A stretch of DNA of 62,496 nucleotides, the filler included, from Sphaeroforma arctica JP610 (Eukaryota), in NCBI RefSeq assembly GCF_001186125.1. It is 6 parts of 2 records of this genome, joined end to end, with 100 filler letters (N's around TTAATTAATTAA, not from the genome) between each part and the next. Parts side by side here need not be neighbours in the genome. Positions count along the whole stretch, not along the records: positions 59,832 to 62,496 come from NW_014040522.1; 5 more parts are not named here. One strand, given 5' to 3'. The translations under genes and the position numbers were made by a program. Each line of letters opens with the position of its first letter. Positions within the stretch are counted from its first letter, which is position 1. Positions 62,338 through 62,496 of the stretch are shown piece after piece. The notes under the pieces were generated by a model that was given only the letters and a program-made list of their open reading frames with translations, was not told the origin of the DNA and did no database searches.

Positions 62338-62496
62338 CTGCGTAGGGTTTGAGGGTTTGAGGGTTTCAAGGTTTCGGGTTAGGTTTGAGGGGGTTTTATG
62401 GGTCTGGGGTGCAGTGGGGATCTAACTAAAAAAAAATTATACACATATCTTTTATGTGTATGTATATATGTATATAAGTATATATGTATGTATATT

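Overview
This is eukaryotic, intron-rich draft-genome sequence with GT-AG introns, many microsatellites and N gaps. Five gaps carry an artificial TTAATTAATTAA linker. The gene content and intron style suggest a unicellular holozoan such as the ichthyosporean Sphaeroforma (inference only). Hand-spliced genes are: a 5'-truncated FKBP-hydrophobic segment-cyclophilin fusion ending in KKRL (367-4465 +); an intronless, doubly disrupted class-C-GPCR-like 7TM gene (7781-9372 +); DNA polymerase alpha catalytic subunit (10294-30202 +, 30 visible exons); an intronless hormone-sensitive-lipase pseudogene (~31980-32990 -); a cytochrome b5-fused front-end, delta-4-like fatty acid desaturase (34568-41181 +); the PP4 catalytic subunit (42222-47941 -); a GNAT acetyltransferase (48457-48978 +); an orphan helical-repeat protein (49634-50551 -); and partial Vps33-like and exportin-7 genes (-). 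There are also two MITE-like TIR elements. The most striking unexplained pattern is that splice junctions (intron end plus exon start, or exon end plus donor) are repeatedly copied in tandem into adjacent introns in five different genes, leaving arrays of decoy splice sites.
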